DNA of 64,000 nt from contig OX597829.1 in NCBI GenBank assembly GCA_951406725.2, positions 57,164,001 to 57,228,000 of the forward strand. Reading direction: 5' to 3'. The notes beneath the pieces are model-generated. The model did not search any database, was not told where the DNA came from, and saw only the letters and a program-made list of their open reading frames with translations. How positions within the stretch are numbered: position 1 is the first letter of the stretch; every line of letters begins with the position of its first letter. The position numbers and the translations under genes are program-made. The DNA comes from Octopus vulgaris (taxonomy: Eukaryota). Positions 1-14,199 of the stretch are shown in pieces.

Positions 1-560
1 GTAATTTGAAGCGTTAAAGTTGACCTTGAGATAACCTTGAGATGTTCGAAGTGTTTGGGCGGCAATTGGCATGATTGGGTAGTTTGTTTATATTTAGAAT
101 AAGATATAGTGTAGCGAAACAAGTGTCCAAAGATTCCTTCACAGAATGATTCAAGAGTTTGTGAAGTTTAGGAATTGGTTTGAGGGTAACGGAAAGAACA
201 TAGCCAGGGCCGATGACCTCGTTGGTTTGTGGTGACAGGAATTAGTTTCTTCTTTGGTGAATGCGTATGAATGGGTGTGAGAGAATATGTTTTTAGGGGC
301 GCTTACTTGGTGTGTACATTGTAGAGTGAGTTGTAAAGTGAACATCAAATATGGAGGCTTCCTTCTTCTCGACAGTACAGCTAATAAAGCAGTTATGGTT
401 GACTAGTGGAGGGGATGGGGCGGGGTCGAATTCTGTGAAGTTAATAAATATCATTTTGTCAAGGAACTTAACAAGATCGATAGTAAGTGGAGAGGCGGAA
501 GTGCAGGTAGGTATCCCTCCCTTTCATTTCTGCCCCAGACTACGAATATTATTTTGTTGA
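1..560 (-). mobile_element. Decayed Penelope-like element fragment (RT thumb/linker), cut by the window edge
   Basis: Minus-strand translation gives EASIFDVHFTTHSTMYTPSKRP (cf. the Penelope-like element (PLE) motif FLDVxFxLxxxxYxPYxKP) and PKLHKLLNHSVK (cf. HxLHKIFNRNTVK), with many stops. Confidence 0.4.
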
Positions 561-654
561 ACGGAATAATGCCAGTTTTATTGAACCCGTCGTTTGAGTG
601 ATACTTTATTTTATTGATCAGGGAAACCTGATTGATAAAGGACAAGCGACGACG

Positions 655-887
655 TCGATGGTTGCAGTTGTAGTGGTGGTAGTGGTGGTGATGGTGGAGG
701 CGATGATTGTGTTATGATGGCGGTGGCAACGGCGGCGGCCGGCTGTGGTAGAGGTGGAAATGATGATGATGATGATGATGGTGGCGGTGGTGATTTTGGT
801 ATTGTGGCGGCAGCGACAGTGATGATAATGATGGTGTTTGTATTGGTGATGATCCTCCTCCTCCTCTTCATCATTATCATCACCACC

Positions 888-919
<32 letters not shown>

Positions 920-1090
920 TAATTTTTGCATTAATACAATACAATGTAAAAACGGGAACCGCCGCCGCAGCCGTCGATACCATCACCACTACAACCACCA
1001 CCACCATCACCAACAACAACAACAACCCCACCACCACCACCACCAACAACAACAACAACCCCACCACCACCAACAACAACAACAACAAAG
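655..1090. repeat. Trinucleotide mosaic (GGT/GAT, then CAC/CAT/CAA)
   Basis: Direct reading; source of the low-complexity ORFs at 611-1210. Confidence 0.95.
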
Positions 1091-1441
1091 GAGATACTGG
1101 TAACGTATATGTTTACGAGTTCGACATATTTGATGTAATCGAAGAATTTTGTTGCAGCATCTTCCACACATTAATTTGTCACCAAAAGTTATAAATAAAT
1201 TATGGACCATGAGAACTCGCAGAAAATGATACAGCTGATGTTACAGAAACGGAGTTCCAAATTTGGTTGTCTTTGATACTTTTTGCCATTTTCTTTCCTT
1301 TTTTCTCCTGTTTGTTTTTTTAAGTATTTATTTATTTGTTTCGATATATTTTGATATGAAATATTCACTACGGAGAACGGAATAACGCTTAAAAAAAAAC
1401 GAGAGATGATCGGATGTATATATATATATACACATATATAT

Positions 1442-1480
<39 letters not shown>

Positions 1481-1804
1481 TATTCATAAGTACATAGAAA
1501 AAGAGAGTGGGTGAGAGGGGGAAAGAGAAGAGAAAGAGTGAGAAGATCGATAGAAGAAAAACGAAGATGTCTGTTGGCGAAGGTGTCCCGCGCCCTTCTG
1601 CTTCGCTTCACCGCTCAACCACCGCCAATAACATGGAGGGAAAGAAACAAACAATAATGATATTTATAATAACAACATCAAAAGATGCGGAGGTGGGGGG
1701 GGGGTAAATGAAGTAAGTTAAGGAAATGTGCGCGTGGACGGAGGTGATAGGAGGGGGTTGCTTAAGGCATAAAGGTTCTACATGATTTATTGGGTAGATT
1801 GGAA

Positions 1805-1896
1805 GGATAGGTAGGTAGGTAGGTAGGTAGGTAAAAAGGTGGGTAAATAGATAAATTAATAAATACATACATAGACAGACAGACAGACAGACAGAC

Positions 1897-1958
<62 letters not shown>

Positions 1959-2032
1959 GCTAGTAGGTAGGTAGGTAGATAGATAGGCAGACAGACATAC
2001 AGACAGACAGACAGATAGACAGACAGACCGAC

Positions 2033-2071
<39 letters not shown>

Positions 2072-2072
2072 C

Positions 2073-2122
<50 letters not shown>

Positions 2123-2547
2123 GCTAGTAGGTGGGTAGGTAGATAGATAGATAGATAGATGGAGAGATAGAGGGATGGAGGGAGAGAGAGAGCTGGATAA
2201 AGAGATAGACAGGTAGATAGATAGCAAGATAGATTGATTGGTTGGTAGATTGATAGATAGGTAAGTAGGTAGGTAGGTAGGTAGGTAGGTAGGTAGGTAG
2301 GTAGGTAGGTAGGTAGGTAGGTGGATGGGTTGGTAGATCAAGCAATGAGGTGGGTATGACTGAGTGACTGACTGGATGCGAGAGAGGTGGGTGAGAAAGG
2401 AAAGAGGAAGAAGCGAGAGAGGTAAAGCATGAAAGAATGAAAGAAAAAAAAAGAAAGGAATGAGAAGCGAAAGGATACAAAAATAGAGTACAAAAAAGAG
2501 AAGAAATAAGGGAAAGAAAGAATATAAAAGAAGGGAATATATATGAA

Positions 2548-2595
<48 letters not shown>

Positions 2596-3130
2596 GGAAA
2601 GAAAAAGAGAGAAAGAAATTGAAAAAGGAAGAAATGAAATATGAATGAATGATAAAATGGAAAGAAAGAAACATAGCAAAAGAGAGGGAGAGAGAGAGAG
2701 TGAAGAGGGAAGGAGAAGGAAAGAAAAAGGAGAGAAGAGAGAGACTGAGAGATTATGTGCGCGCGCGTGTGAATGAAAAGAGAGAATGAAGAGATGGAGA
2801 AGAGTAAGGAGAGGGAGAGAGTAAGGAACAGGAGAGAGAGGAGTGAAGAGAGAAAGACAGAGTGAAGGAGAGAGAGAAAGAGGGAGAAAGGAGAGAGAAG
2901 GGAAGGGAGCAGGTGGAAGGAGTAAAGAAAAAGATAAAGAAAAAATGGAAGAAAGGTTTAAAAATGAACGAGAGAGAGAGAGAGAGAAAGAGAGAGAGAT
3001 TAGGAAAAGAAAGAAGAAAAAGAAAGAAGAAAAAGAAAGAAGAAAATGAAAGTATGAAGAGTGAACATCTTTTTCTCTGAAGAAAAATAACAACAATAAA
3101 AACGACAGAAAAGAAACAAGAAACTTGTGG
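1805..3130 (+). repeat. Compound (GGTA)n/(GATA)n/(GACA)n/(GA)n purine-rich tract
   Basis: Direct reading. Confidence 0.95.
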
Positions 3131-3659
3131 AAGGACGATGAGTCAACCTTATTGATTTTTAATAACAATTTTAAATATCGATTTTCTTTTTTCATTTTGC
3201 CCGCCCTTCCCCCACCATACATAGAATACATAAATATAAACACACACACACATACGCGCACACATGTAAAGTACCTCACAGTCTCACAATCATCATCATC
3301 ATCATCACCACCACCACCACCCTATGCAGCTTACAGCTGGTGATGATGGCGGTGACGGGTGTGGCGGTTGATAATGGCGACGAGGAAAAGGTATCGAACG
3401 ATGATGTTACGCGAACGTCGTCCCGTTTCCCTCGACTTCCTCTCCGTGCGATCCCGGCTGAAATAGGAACATGACTTTATTGGTTTTAATTTCCCTTTTT
3501 ATGACAATTTCTTTTGTGTTGTAGTTCCAATGTTTATCTTAAAGGGTTCCCCAGGGGAAGGTTCTCCCCCCCACCTCCACCACCTCTGCCGGATAAAGGA
3601 AAAGTCCGGAATCCCAGACAGTTATTCAGTTAGATGCTTTTTCTCACTAAACTCTTCAA

Positions 3660-3838
3660 TCTCACCTTCTCTCTCTCTCTCTCTCACTTCCTCACTCTCT
3701 TTCCTTCTCTCTCTCTCTCACTTTCTCTCCCTTTCCCCCTGTTTCTCACTCTTTCTCACTCTCTTTCCTTCACATCTCTCTCACTTCTGTTATTTTCTCT
3801 CTTTCTTATTCTTCTCGTTTTCTCATTCAACCTTGTTG

Positions 3839-3881
<43 letters not shown>

Positions 3882-3893
3882 TCTCTCTCTCCC
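3660..3893 (+). repeat. (CT)n pyrimidine tract
   Basis: Direct reading. Confidence 0.95.
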
Positions 3894-5669
3894 CACGGTC
3901 CTACCAAGAATGTCTGTTACCATTCTCCGGGACAATTTATTAATTGCCTGACTCATCAACCTTTGAACCACTTTTTTGTTTAGAAACGCTATTAAAATTT
4001 TCTTTCATTTTTTTTTCTTTCTCCAAAATATTATTTCTGCCAATAACTTTACTCTCAATAGAAAGAACGAACGAATTTCATTGGCATTAAAGTCTAAAAC
4101 ACACCTTCCAGATTCCAGTAAAATCTCTTCATATTATGTTCATTAGCTTCTTCATAAAAAATCGTGGGTGTTTTTTCTCTCTCTCAGTTTCTTTCGCCTA
4201 AGTTTTACCATAACCATCTGGAAAGGTTTCCTCCTGGTAAAGAATGATTTCCGATTAACCATCTAGATTTTATGTGAACTGTGCACATTCTCAAGGAGTG
4301 GTGGTCATTATGTCATCCTTACTAAGACATAACAGTAGGGAAGTAGGTTGAGAATGATCACACTGCAATACTGTGTTTCCTAAGTGCTATTACTTCAAAC
4401 AATTGTATTTACATATGTACAATGGATTAGTTGAAGTGAAAAACACACATGTTATGTATATAATTTAAAGTTTTGACTGCGTAAAATAGAAATAATAATT
4501 TAGTCTATTATATAATTGTTTATAGTTGTTACAAGTAGAACAAGTAGAAAACGTGAGAACACTTATCAGGGAACTGAGAGACAGAGTTTCGTGTAGTACC
4601 TCGGAGTTCAATAACTCAGCTTTTTATAACTTTTAGGAAAACTTTGTAGAAACTTCGGCAAAACTATTTGGCGGAAATTCCACAGAATTTTCTTTCAAGC
4701 ATATCTCATTATTGATTACATAACAGCTGAAACATGATTGGTCGAACCATGCTCACGTGAGCATTCATACTTTTTATGACGATACAGTTAATTTTTCGCA
4801 ATATAATTATCCGGTGAGTGTAAACTAGGAATCTGTAAAAGCTGGTTCGAAGTTAGGCAGAAGTCTCGCTACATTCTCAAGTAGTGGTTATATATCAAGA
4901 TTATTTTAACCAAATAAACTCTAGTTTTTACGTCAAACGGTTTCTGAAGATTTCTTTGAATATCCATAAATTTCATGTATCGGAATCTCGCCGAAATATT
5001 CATTATTTCTAAAAGTTAACAATGTCAATTTAACATCAAACTCTCCGTAGAAAGAAAAAAAATCACACGCAGTTATATATTTTTAGCTTATTTTCTTAGG
5101 TAATGACTTCTGGTTGTGTGATTACATGTGTTGTGGTGATATCAAATGGATGCCAATACTGGAGTATCTCAAACTATGATCCGTCTAGCAATTCAGTCAT
5201 GAAAGCTCGTGTGGCTTTTACAATCCTGTAAAAATCGATGGCGAAGAAACAAATAATTAAGCAGACGACAATGACTCGATCCGAGTATTTTTGTAAAGAT
5301 GTATCAGTCAATACTTTTTATGGAAAAGCCAGTCTCATTGCAAAGGGGGAAACATCGCCTGACTCACGTTTCTCTTCAGTGGCCTATGTCAGACAAGTAA
5401 AGTGTGTAGCCACCGTCCGTTTTCTCAAGTTCCCCAGAGTGCGGTAGGTTTGGTCTTAAATAAAACAGCCGCATTGATTGACATGACAATAATGGCAGAC
5501 TTAGGTTCAGAGTTTTAGTTATCTTACAATGGACGAACATCTCAAGACACAAGGAACATTTTTCATAACAGGTTTTCAGACATTCTTAGACGACAAAAAA
5601 TAAATAATTAATAAAGAAAAAAGTTTTTAAAACATTAGAAATCTTAAATATATACTCAAGTAAGGAATT

Positions 5670-5975
<306 letters not shown>

Positions 5976-6446
5976 TTACATACACTCATCTATGCTTCTG
6001 TCTGTACATATGTGTATATGTTTTGTTAAGGCAAAACTTAACGAACATTCAATATTTATTTAATTACGGAAACGGAGTTTCTTTTCATGCGAAACAAATC
6101 GTTTCGAGTGGGTAATAAATTCATTTTTACCGTCTTTTTTGTCCCCTTTACGCCATCTTTATTTATTCATTTGTCTATTTGAAAGCAAACCCTAGGAATA
6201 AGCTGCAGCACAGTTTAACATGACAAATAGGGCGTTAAATTACAGGGAATCAGCCAAGTCTACTGAATTGGTAAGCTGCTGCTGCGGCTGCTGCTGCTGC
6301 TCTGGTTACTGCTCCTGTTGTTGTTGTTGTTGTTGTCGTTGCTAATGCTGTTGTTGTTCTCCTTGTTGCTGTCCTCGTTGTTGCCGTCGTTCTTGTTGCA
6401 GAGTCCCTCGTTCAGCTCTAATCGGGAAAATCTAATATGGATATTC

Positions 6447-6601
6447 TTTTATTTTGTTTTATTTTATTTTATTTTATTTTATTTTGTTTTATTTTATTTT
6501 GTTTTATTTTATTTTATTTTATTTTATTTTATTTTATTTTATTTTATTTTATTTTGTTTTATTTTATTTTATTTTATTTTATTTTGTTTTATTTTATTTT
6601 T
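6447..6601 (+). repeat. (TTTTA/TTTTG)n pentanucleotide array
   Basis: Direct reading. Confidence 0.95.
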
Positions 6602-7361
6602 ACGGTTATTCAGCAGAACTAGGTGGATACAATGTGTCTTTCCCTTTCTCAAGATGGCATGTTTTGATTCGAAAGAGATTTAGCTGTTATTTCTAGCCGA
6701 TCGAAGTAATCAACAAGCAGGCAAAGTCTTGCTTGTTGATTCAGGTTCCCAGTTTAGGTGGAAATGGCAGCCAGAATAACGCAGAAGTTAGACACTGGGG
6801 GGGGGGGGGGGAACCGTTGCAGTGTTTGTTGTTGTTATTGTTGCTGTTGTAGTTGTTGTTTTTAATGTTGTAGTTGTTGCGATTGTTGCAGCGACTGTTT
6901 TTCTTGTTGTTGCTGTTGTTTTCTTGATGCCATTGACACTTCTCACTTGCAAAGCCAACTCCAGGAGCAGGGATTTAAAAAAAAAAAAAAAAAAGAAGCC
7001 CCAAGTAAGACACAATATTCACTGGAATAAGCACCTCCCTCTCCACCCTCACCTTCCTCTCCAAATGAAATTTGAAGAAGTCAATGAGAGACTGGTTGAA
7101 AAGATATGCGTTTGTCTTCAGCTCTTTCATTCTTGTCCACCATACAAACGTCTTTTCCCTTTAACCATCAGTCAGAGAAAGCTGTCTGTATTTCCCGGTC
7201 AAAGGAAGGCGGCAGAACAATTGTCAAGACAGACTCGATTGATATTCGAATCTGTTCTTCGTGTGACAACAGACGATCAAAGTAACACCACAAATCAGCG
7301 ATGTTTGGGCGCTGATCCACTTGCGTATCTTAGAGTTTGCCTCAATTCGGTGTTATAGGTT

Positions 7362-7501
7362 CATATATATGTGTATGTGTAAGTACACATACATCATACA
7401 TACAAACATTCATACATATGTATATATGTATATATGTATGTATGTATATATATATATACATACATATATACATATATACATATGTATATATGTATATATA
7501 C

Positions 7502-7544
<43 letters not shown>

Positions 7545-7568
7545 TGTATGTGTGTATGTATATATATA

Positions 7569-7612
<44 letters not shown>
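7362..7612. repeat. (TA)n/(TG)n/(TACA)n microsatellite
   Basis: Direct reading. Confidence 0.95.
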
Positions 7613-7616
<4 letters not shown>

Positions 7617-7749
7617 GCACTATTTTGTTATGCGCGTTTAGTAGACAGTATGAACTGTGAATAAAGCGAATACGCACAATGTGTATCACTCCGCTATATA
7701 CATATATAAACATGCAAAATAAATAAAAACAGGAAAAAAATATATTAAC

Positions 7750-10700
7750 GCCTCCAATGAGTTGTTTTATTGTCTCAACACAAAACAAAGAAGATACAAC
7801 ATTCGGCAATGCCCTTTTAATGGGGGAAAGTGATGTGGCTACAACTCTGGTTGTATTATAATCTTCTAGTTTCAAAAGTGTCATGATAAAGAACACCAAG
7901 AAATACGAAGGCACAAGTTAAAATTGACGGCCACATTTACTTCTCCATTTATAGAAGATACAGCAAACTGGTACAACATGAATAATACTGTTAGCTAAAA
8001 TACATTGGTTCTTCGTGCAGTTTGTACATAATGAGGTGCGCGGAAAAAGAACAAAGCATTGAGTCAAAAATCTCTGTAAACAATTCTCTCCTCTCTGCGA
8101 ACGCTTAGAGAAAAACCTTTATTTATAACGGTAGGCTGGCTCAAAACACACCATGCGTTTCTGGTCTGGCGCAAGTGGTCTGATTGTATAGCTTAAAGCA
8201 TCCAATCAGCACGAACAGGTTTAGTCATGTGGTCACTTGAAGGAAACCAGCGTTGGAGCCAATATGGATCTGTAGCGTACATTCGAGTGAAATTTATCTC
8301 CCCATTATTATATATACTTATATACAAACGTTGCAGCTAACAGCTAATCTTTGGCCGCTATTTGGACCCCGTTGTGTCCATTATTCTGATTGATTGGTAT
8401 TGGCGCAATTTGCCCCTTACTCTGTCGCGCCAATCTGCAGCGTATAACCAATCAGAGCCCTAAATAAGATCACGTGAGACAACCTGTTCACAATCCCAGT
8501 TGAGCCTGCTCTTCATTATATAAACCCACTTTCTCCTCGTCTCGAGGTCTTTGATTCCAGACCTTCTAAGGTCTAGCCACTGACTACACAAGACACAAAC
8601 AGTTCCAGCGATAACGCCAGACGCCCAGGTTTCAACACATCGCTGTTCGTTAATTACTTTACCAGGGATCAACAGCAAATATACAACCTTCGTGCCAGAC
8701 GACAACATCCGTTCAACAGCATTACGGCAATCTCTTTCTTCGTCGCTACCATCCTCCTCTTGACGACGTCAACAACATCTCTACGTACACAGCTCAACCA
8801 ACAACACTGCACAAGTTCCAACATAGCACTGTTCGCGAATTACTTCACCATGGCTAACAGCGAATATACAGCGAATATACCTGCGAGAACTCCTGTACAC
8901 GTGACCCAAGCAGCAGCAGCATTACAGCCACAACTTCGTACAACACGTACCGCAACCGGCTCTGCATCATCGCCACAACTTCTTGATACAGTATTTCTAT
9001 CACCGTGTACAATTGACTACGAAACTGGTATTTCTCATTCTTGTATCTACGAACGTTCGTCTAACTTCTCATTATAGATTCTTTCACTGTCTCCTTCTTC
9101 ATTGCTATTCTTATATGTACTTAACACACACGCATACACACATTCATATACAAACATTTTGTTCTCATGATGGCCTGTCTATTATTCTGTATACATGACG
9201 CGCACACAGACACAAATTAACATATCAATAAATCTCTCTCTTAAACCTTCTATTCGGTTGTGCCTTTCTCTTTTCCAACTTGCACCTTATATGTATTATT
9301 TCATCCTTCTGATCTGAGACGTTATTAGATGGTTTCACCACACAACTCACCTCGATCATTTATAGACTCATTTAAGCTTAAACAAGCCAACTGTGAACAT
9401 ACTTGCTACATCCTCAACAGCACTGCGAATGCAAGGATTTCAGGAAATTTTCCATAGCCCCCAGGCTGAAAGTTATGTTCAATTAATCTTCGTTAACATC
9501 CAGCCTCTCCGAAAATTTGGTTGCTCTTAATCCACCACAAATCCTCTGTAAATTGCATGGATTGACGAACCACTACGTGCGCTTGCCACCGTTAGACAGC
9601 TGAGAGCGTCTGACAACATCCAAGATGCAAGACGCTTATTTTCTTCATTCTTTTGTTTGTTTGTTTCTTTCTTTATTTCTTAATTTCTTGCTTTTGCATG
9701 ATGGCTCCGTCAAAGAAGCACGCTACGGAAAGACATCCCTGACAAACGGCATCCTCACTCATTCACCGTCCGCAAATCGTTTCAGATATGCCAGCCTCAG
9801 TACTTGCCAGCGTATCATTAGCCTCGACATACCAACACCACATGCAGAAAAGGTTGGCATCAAATGAAAACCAGTGGAGCGTTTCTCTGCAGAAGTTTCA
9901 ATCTTGTCAGTTGAAATTTGGGATAAGACACAAAAATTTGAAATCCATAGATAACGGAGTCAATGTAGGTGTTCTTCACCTCTGCCCGACATTTCGGGGA
10001 TAAATTCTAGGGGGATTGCTGGGTGAGTCTCACCACCCTACTCATTAATTCTTAGCCACCTGGAGGTTTAGCTCGAACTAAATCCCACGTACTATCGGTA
10101 ACACAAGCCAAGACGCCATTTGCAAGCACCACTCATCACCTCAAATTTCTTTTAATATGGAACTCTTCTATTTCAGTCGTGGTGAGTTTGTCTTCATATG
10201 TCGAAATAGACTTTCTACATCCTAGTTCGAATTGGACGCTCTTTTGCGCCTCCAGCTTCTGCGAAAATGATTTAAAAGCTAAAACATAGAGGAGTTGCAT
10301 GATTGGAAACGCTTTATGGACCGAGTATGAGATTCGATAGATCCGCTTGGTGGTTATGCGGTTAGACCACAAAAGAGATGTCTTTTTGGGATGAAGCAAT
10401 CTAGCCCCTGCAAACTGGAAACCAACCACTCTGAGGACCGCTGCCAAGTTCCGACGACCTTGGATTAAGCCAAATTGATCACAAACCCCCAACGACTCAA
10501 GGTTTATTACCCACCTTCCCTTCAACGTATTACGTAAGGTAGATGTCACCGTAGATAAATTTGTCTGGAATGCGCCCCCGACCACATTTCTTCGTGAGAA
10601 AATTGGTCAAAAACTTAGACTCTGCGTCCAGCAGATATATGGACCGGAAACTGTCACCACCAACCATATTTTAGCTGCCGTTATCGGATATTTCACAATA

Positions 10701-11950
10701 TTCCAAATCTTCTGTAAAGAGCTGCGGCAGGCTGTCGAGAACAGCACTAAAGTTCATCGTCTTTGATCCATTATTACCATCAAACAGTTCTGCAGAATAC
10801 TGCTAGAAAGCCGTACTTATATGTCTGGGTTCGATCAGCGTGTGCCCGTCATAGTTACTTGAAGAGTAAACCATGAATTTGCCGTAACTTCTCTACTACC
10901 TCAGGTCCGTCTAACAGATTTTTGCTCCCTCTTGTCTAAGAGTATTTGCCTTTTTCCTTAGCTCTGACACATAACGTGTTTTTTGTACTAAAAACTGTTC
11001 AAGTCCATTTTCACTGCTCACTTATCGACCGCGATACCTTCTTTAATAACTTCTTCTAATCTCGTGGCTATCCTTCTTCAGTCTATTATTATTTTCTATC
11101 ATTACTTCTCTGTAATACCTTATCGATTCTTCTCTGATGGCTCTTTTGAGAGAGACCTACCATGCATTGGTGACAATTGTCCGCATCAGCTACATTTAAA
11201 TTAGTTTACTAATCTACTCACGGCAGCTTCCGGTGATCGATCCCCCATGCGTGCGTCCTACAGACTTGCGATCGGTATGGTCGAATAGCCAAAATGGTGT
11301 CCGTCTTACACTACCCAAATCCGCTGAGTCAACAAATGCTGTGACTAGATAAGGACTTGACAACCCGATGCAATTTATCCAATAGACATATTTAGGAAAT
11401 CCAGTCGTACTTGCCAGAGAGTTGGACGTATTTGGGCAGTTTTGTAGGGCCAACTCTCCGGTCACTTATTCCTACTTAATCCCAACGTATGTCTAAAGAT
11501 GCCGGTTTTGTCACCCAACGCGCGAGACATTCGTAAGAATGATTCTAGGCGTCTGAAGAACATCGGTTGCACTGCCTAAATCAGTATATAAACGGAGACT
11601 ATTCTAAAGACGCTGTCTTACTATCAGGCTCTAGGAAAATCGTCCGTTCCTCGTCACCAGACCTTTCTAAAACAATACTGCCATCCAGATCGATTCTAGC
11701 CAACCAAAAATTGCAAACAATTCGCAATCATCGATTAAAAATATAAGCGATTGTGCGCAGGAAATCTCGGTCAGGCTGATAGCCACCATATCTTTATCCG
11801 GTCGTTAAGCAAATGATATTGCTACTAGGCAACCCTTCAGGTTATAACTCACTCTAGCTACGACCATGTTGTACTGAGAAGAATGAAACATGTCACCTTT
11901 GTCTTGAATAACTGTTGATCATCTCTTCTTTGAGAGATAAATCCTTTAGA
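7750..11950 (-). mobile_element. Decayed L1/Tx1-clade LINE, interrupted by a solo LTR
   Basis: ORF 10136-10585 has LAAVLRVVGF...SVHKAFPIMQLLYVLAF...ISTYEDKLT (cf. SVRQGCPLSPLLYVLAL...YADDIT). ORF 11214-11465 has YVYW...SSPYL...DHTDRKSV (APE endonuclease C-terminus, cf. YTW..SxLD..xTDH). Boundaries are approximate. Confidence 0.65.
8271..9410 (+). mobile_element. Solo LTR (1140 bp)
   Basis: Starts TGTAGC and ends GCTACA (6-bp terminal inverted repeat). CCAAT boxes near 8430 and 8448, CACGTG at 8471, TATATAAA at 8517, AATAAA at 9227. No clean 4-5 bp TSD. Confidence 0.75.
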
Positions 11951-12639
11951 GAGACAGACCTTTCAAAACATCTTCCAAATGTTTCTTTGGCTGTTATTTT
12001 TTTGGAAAATACTCGTCACATGGGATTTTTAACCCCGCAAACCACAAAAATTCCTGTTAATGTTTTCACCAGAAATCCATTTGCTGATGTTTTTAAGGGG
12101 AATTCCTCGAAATATCTTTGTCTTTTGTCTTCGAGTTGTTTTATGGTTTCCATTAAAGAAAAGAAGGCAGATGAGGAGGGGGAGGTTTGTTGTGTGTATG
12201 AATGTTGTTGTTGATGTCATTGTTTCGTTGTTTTCGCTGTTGTTGTTGTTTTTCTTTTTGTTTCTTTTCATGACTTTTTGTTTTGTTTGTTATGGTTGTC
12301 GTTGCGTTTGTGTCTTCTGTTGCTGCGGTTGCGACTTTTCAGCGATTGGTCGTCTTTTTTATTTTTTTTTTTCTGTGGCTGTGAATTATTGTTATTGTTG
12401 ATGTTGTTATTTCTAATTGTTCTTAATCGTGTTTATGATGTTGCTTTGGTTGATTCTTTGGTTGATTCTCGTCGATCAGTGCAGTCAATTATATCGATCC
12501 CGCTAATTAACCAGTATTTATTTTATCGACCCCAGAAGGATGAAAGAGAGACAAGACTTGAACTCTGTATCGATATTGGTGTGATCAATATTACCGATGT
12601 TAGTCTTAAACATCTATAACTTGACAGCTCTCTTTCTCA

Positions 12640-12645
12640 AACACG

Positions 12646-12732
<87 letters not shown>

Positions 12733-12740
12733 ACACACAC
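12640..12740 (+). repeat. (CA)n microsatellite abutting a PLE 3' end
   Basis: Direct reading. Confidence 0.95.
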
Positions 12741-12744
12741 AGCA

Positions 12745-14130
12745 AGTTAGACGCATAATTTCACCTGTCTCTGGTTCATCAGGTAGTGTGCGAAAAGTAC
12801 ATGAGTGCTTATCTATACAGTGAGTCTATATAATTCATATCTGTATCATAATAATTACCGTTGAAATTTCATAAGTTTTATTTTAAAATATCTCTGTTGA
12901 TGATAAATCGTTGTGATGTTCAGATAGAAAGCTTCTCTCAAGTGAACGGGAATATATTCTTGTTTAGTGATAGAGAAGTGTATGATAAGAACGATTTTTC
13001 TCGTGAATAATAATCTGAGATTGTCGAAAGCTGTTCGTGGTATTTAAGATATTCCATATGATATCCTAGGATATATTCAGATATCAAATATCTTCAGATA
13101 TCAAATAACACTGGTGAGTGCCATATCAGAGTTATCTTGAATGCTTCTAAAAATATAATCATGTCGATAGAGCTTAAATTCGAATAGATTTGCTGTATGG
13201 ATATAACGGATACAGTGTGTATTTAGATTAGTTTGTAACTATAATAGTTTAAATATAGTAATTTTCGAGACATTTACCATTGCAAGAAGATATGGTGATT
13301 TGGGATTTTGCTATTAGTGGAGTGTAGATATTTTACATTATCTATTTTCTTAGAATTTTGATGGAACACTTTTAGAGCGGTTATTTATCGTTAAGGAATT
13401 AATTTTAAGTGAGTAAAGGTCGTATTTCTTTCTGCATTTGTACCATATAGGAAAATCAAAATGCATAAATTTTAAGAATATTTTCCCCTGTTAAAGCGCT
13501 GACATTAAATGGATAGGGTGGATTGTATCATATTATTTCTGGCTTTGAGCCTTTATACCTTGAATAACTTTCAAATATTTAATTTTCTCTTTGAAAACGA
13601 GTATTTACTAGGGCACATTCATATTGGTTGGTTACTAAGTTGAATAAAAGTTTGTTGTAAGAGATGGGTAAGAATCTAAAGAATAGTTGGCGGTGGATTG
13701 GTATAATGATCTTTATATAACATTGAATCGTTTGGTTTAAGTTAGCGCTGAAATTTATTGTTATCAGTTAAATTCTTGGGTGTTATTAAATGTTAAATCT
13801 ATGAAATTAAATCATTTAAAATTACTGCATACGATAATTTCTGGTTTAATTCAATACTTATTTTAACTGGATTTTTCCTGAATTTATCTATTCAGAATTT
13901 TCAAATTTAATCTGCTTGTATATTCTTAATCTGATTCGCGTTCTGTCATAATTTTATTCAAAGCATTTGGTTTTTGGATTTGGTTTACAAGATTCTTTAT
14001 ATGAGCTCGTGTGTTGAAGCATATTCTGTTGTGTCTGGGGAGCGTCATTTTCTTTTTGTGCCTTTTAATGTAACAACACACTCACCGGTAAAATTTCCAC
14101 TTATTTCTTACTTTCATTTTCCTAAAATTT
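12745..14130 (-). mobile_element. Decayed Penelope-like element (linker, GIY-YIG, 3' pseudo-LTR)
   Basis: Minus-strand II*YNPPY.FNV at ~13500-13540 (cf. IIWFNPPFSxNV), NGKCLEN at ~13270 and IIWNIL...HEK...LNK at ~12960-13060. Hammerhead motif at the 3' end. Confidence 0.7.
12747..12786 (-). ncRNA. Minimal type I hammerhead ribozyme motif (slightly decayed)
   Basis: Minus strand CTAC-CTGATGA-ACC(AGAGACA)GGT-GAAA-TTATGC-GTC-TAA. Core intact; stems I and III weak. Confidence 0.55.
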
Positions 14131-14199
14131 TCGTTGTGTCTTGCAACCTTTTCAATGGTCTTGACTCTGTCCGTTATTTACATTGCGTTCCCTTTTGTT

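Noticed and set aside
611-3279. Long ORFs with poly-H/Q/D, YLSI and SLSL runs
   Set aside because: They are translations of microsatellites, with no splice or domain support.
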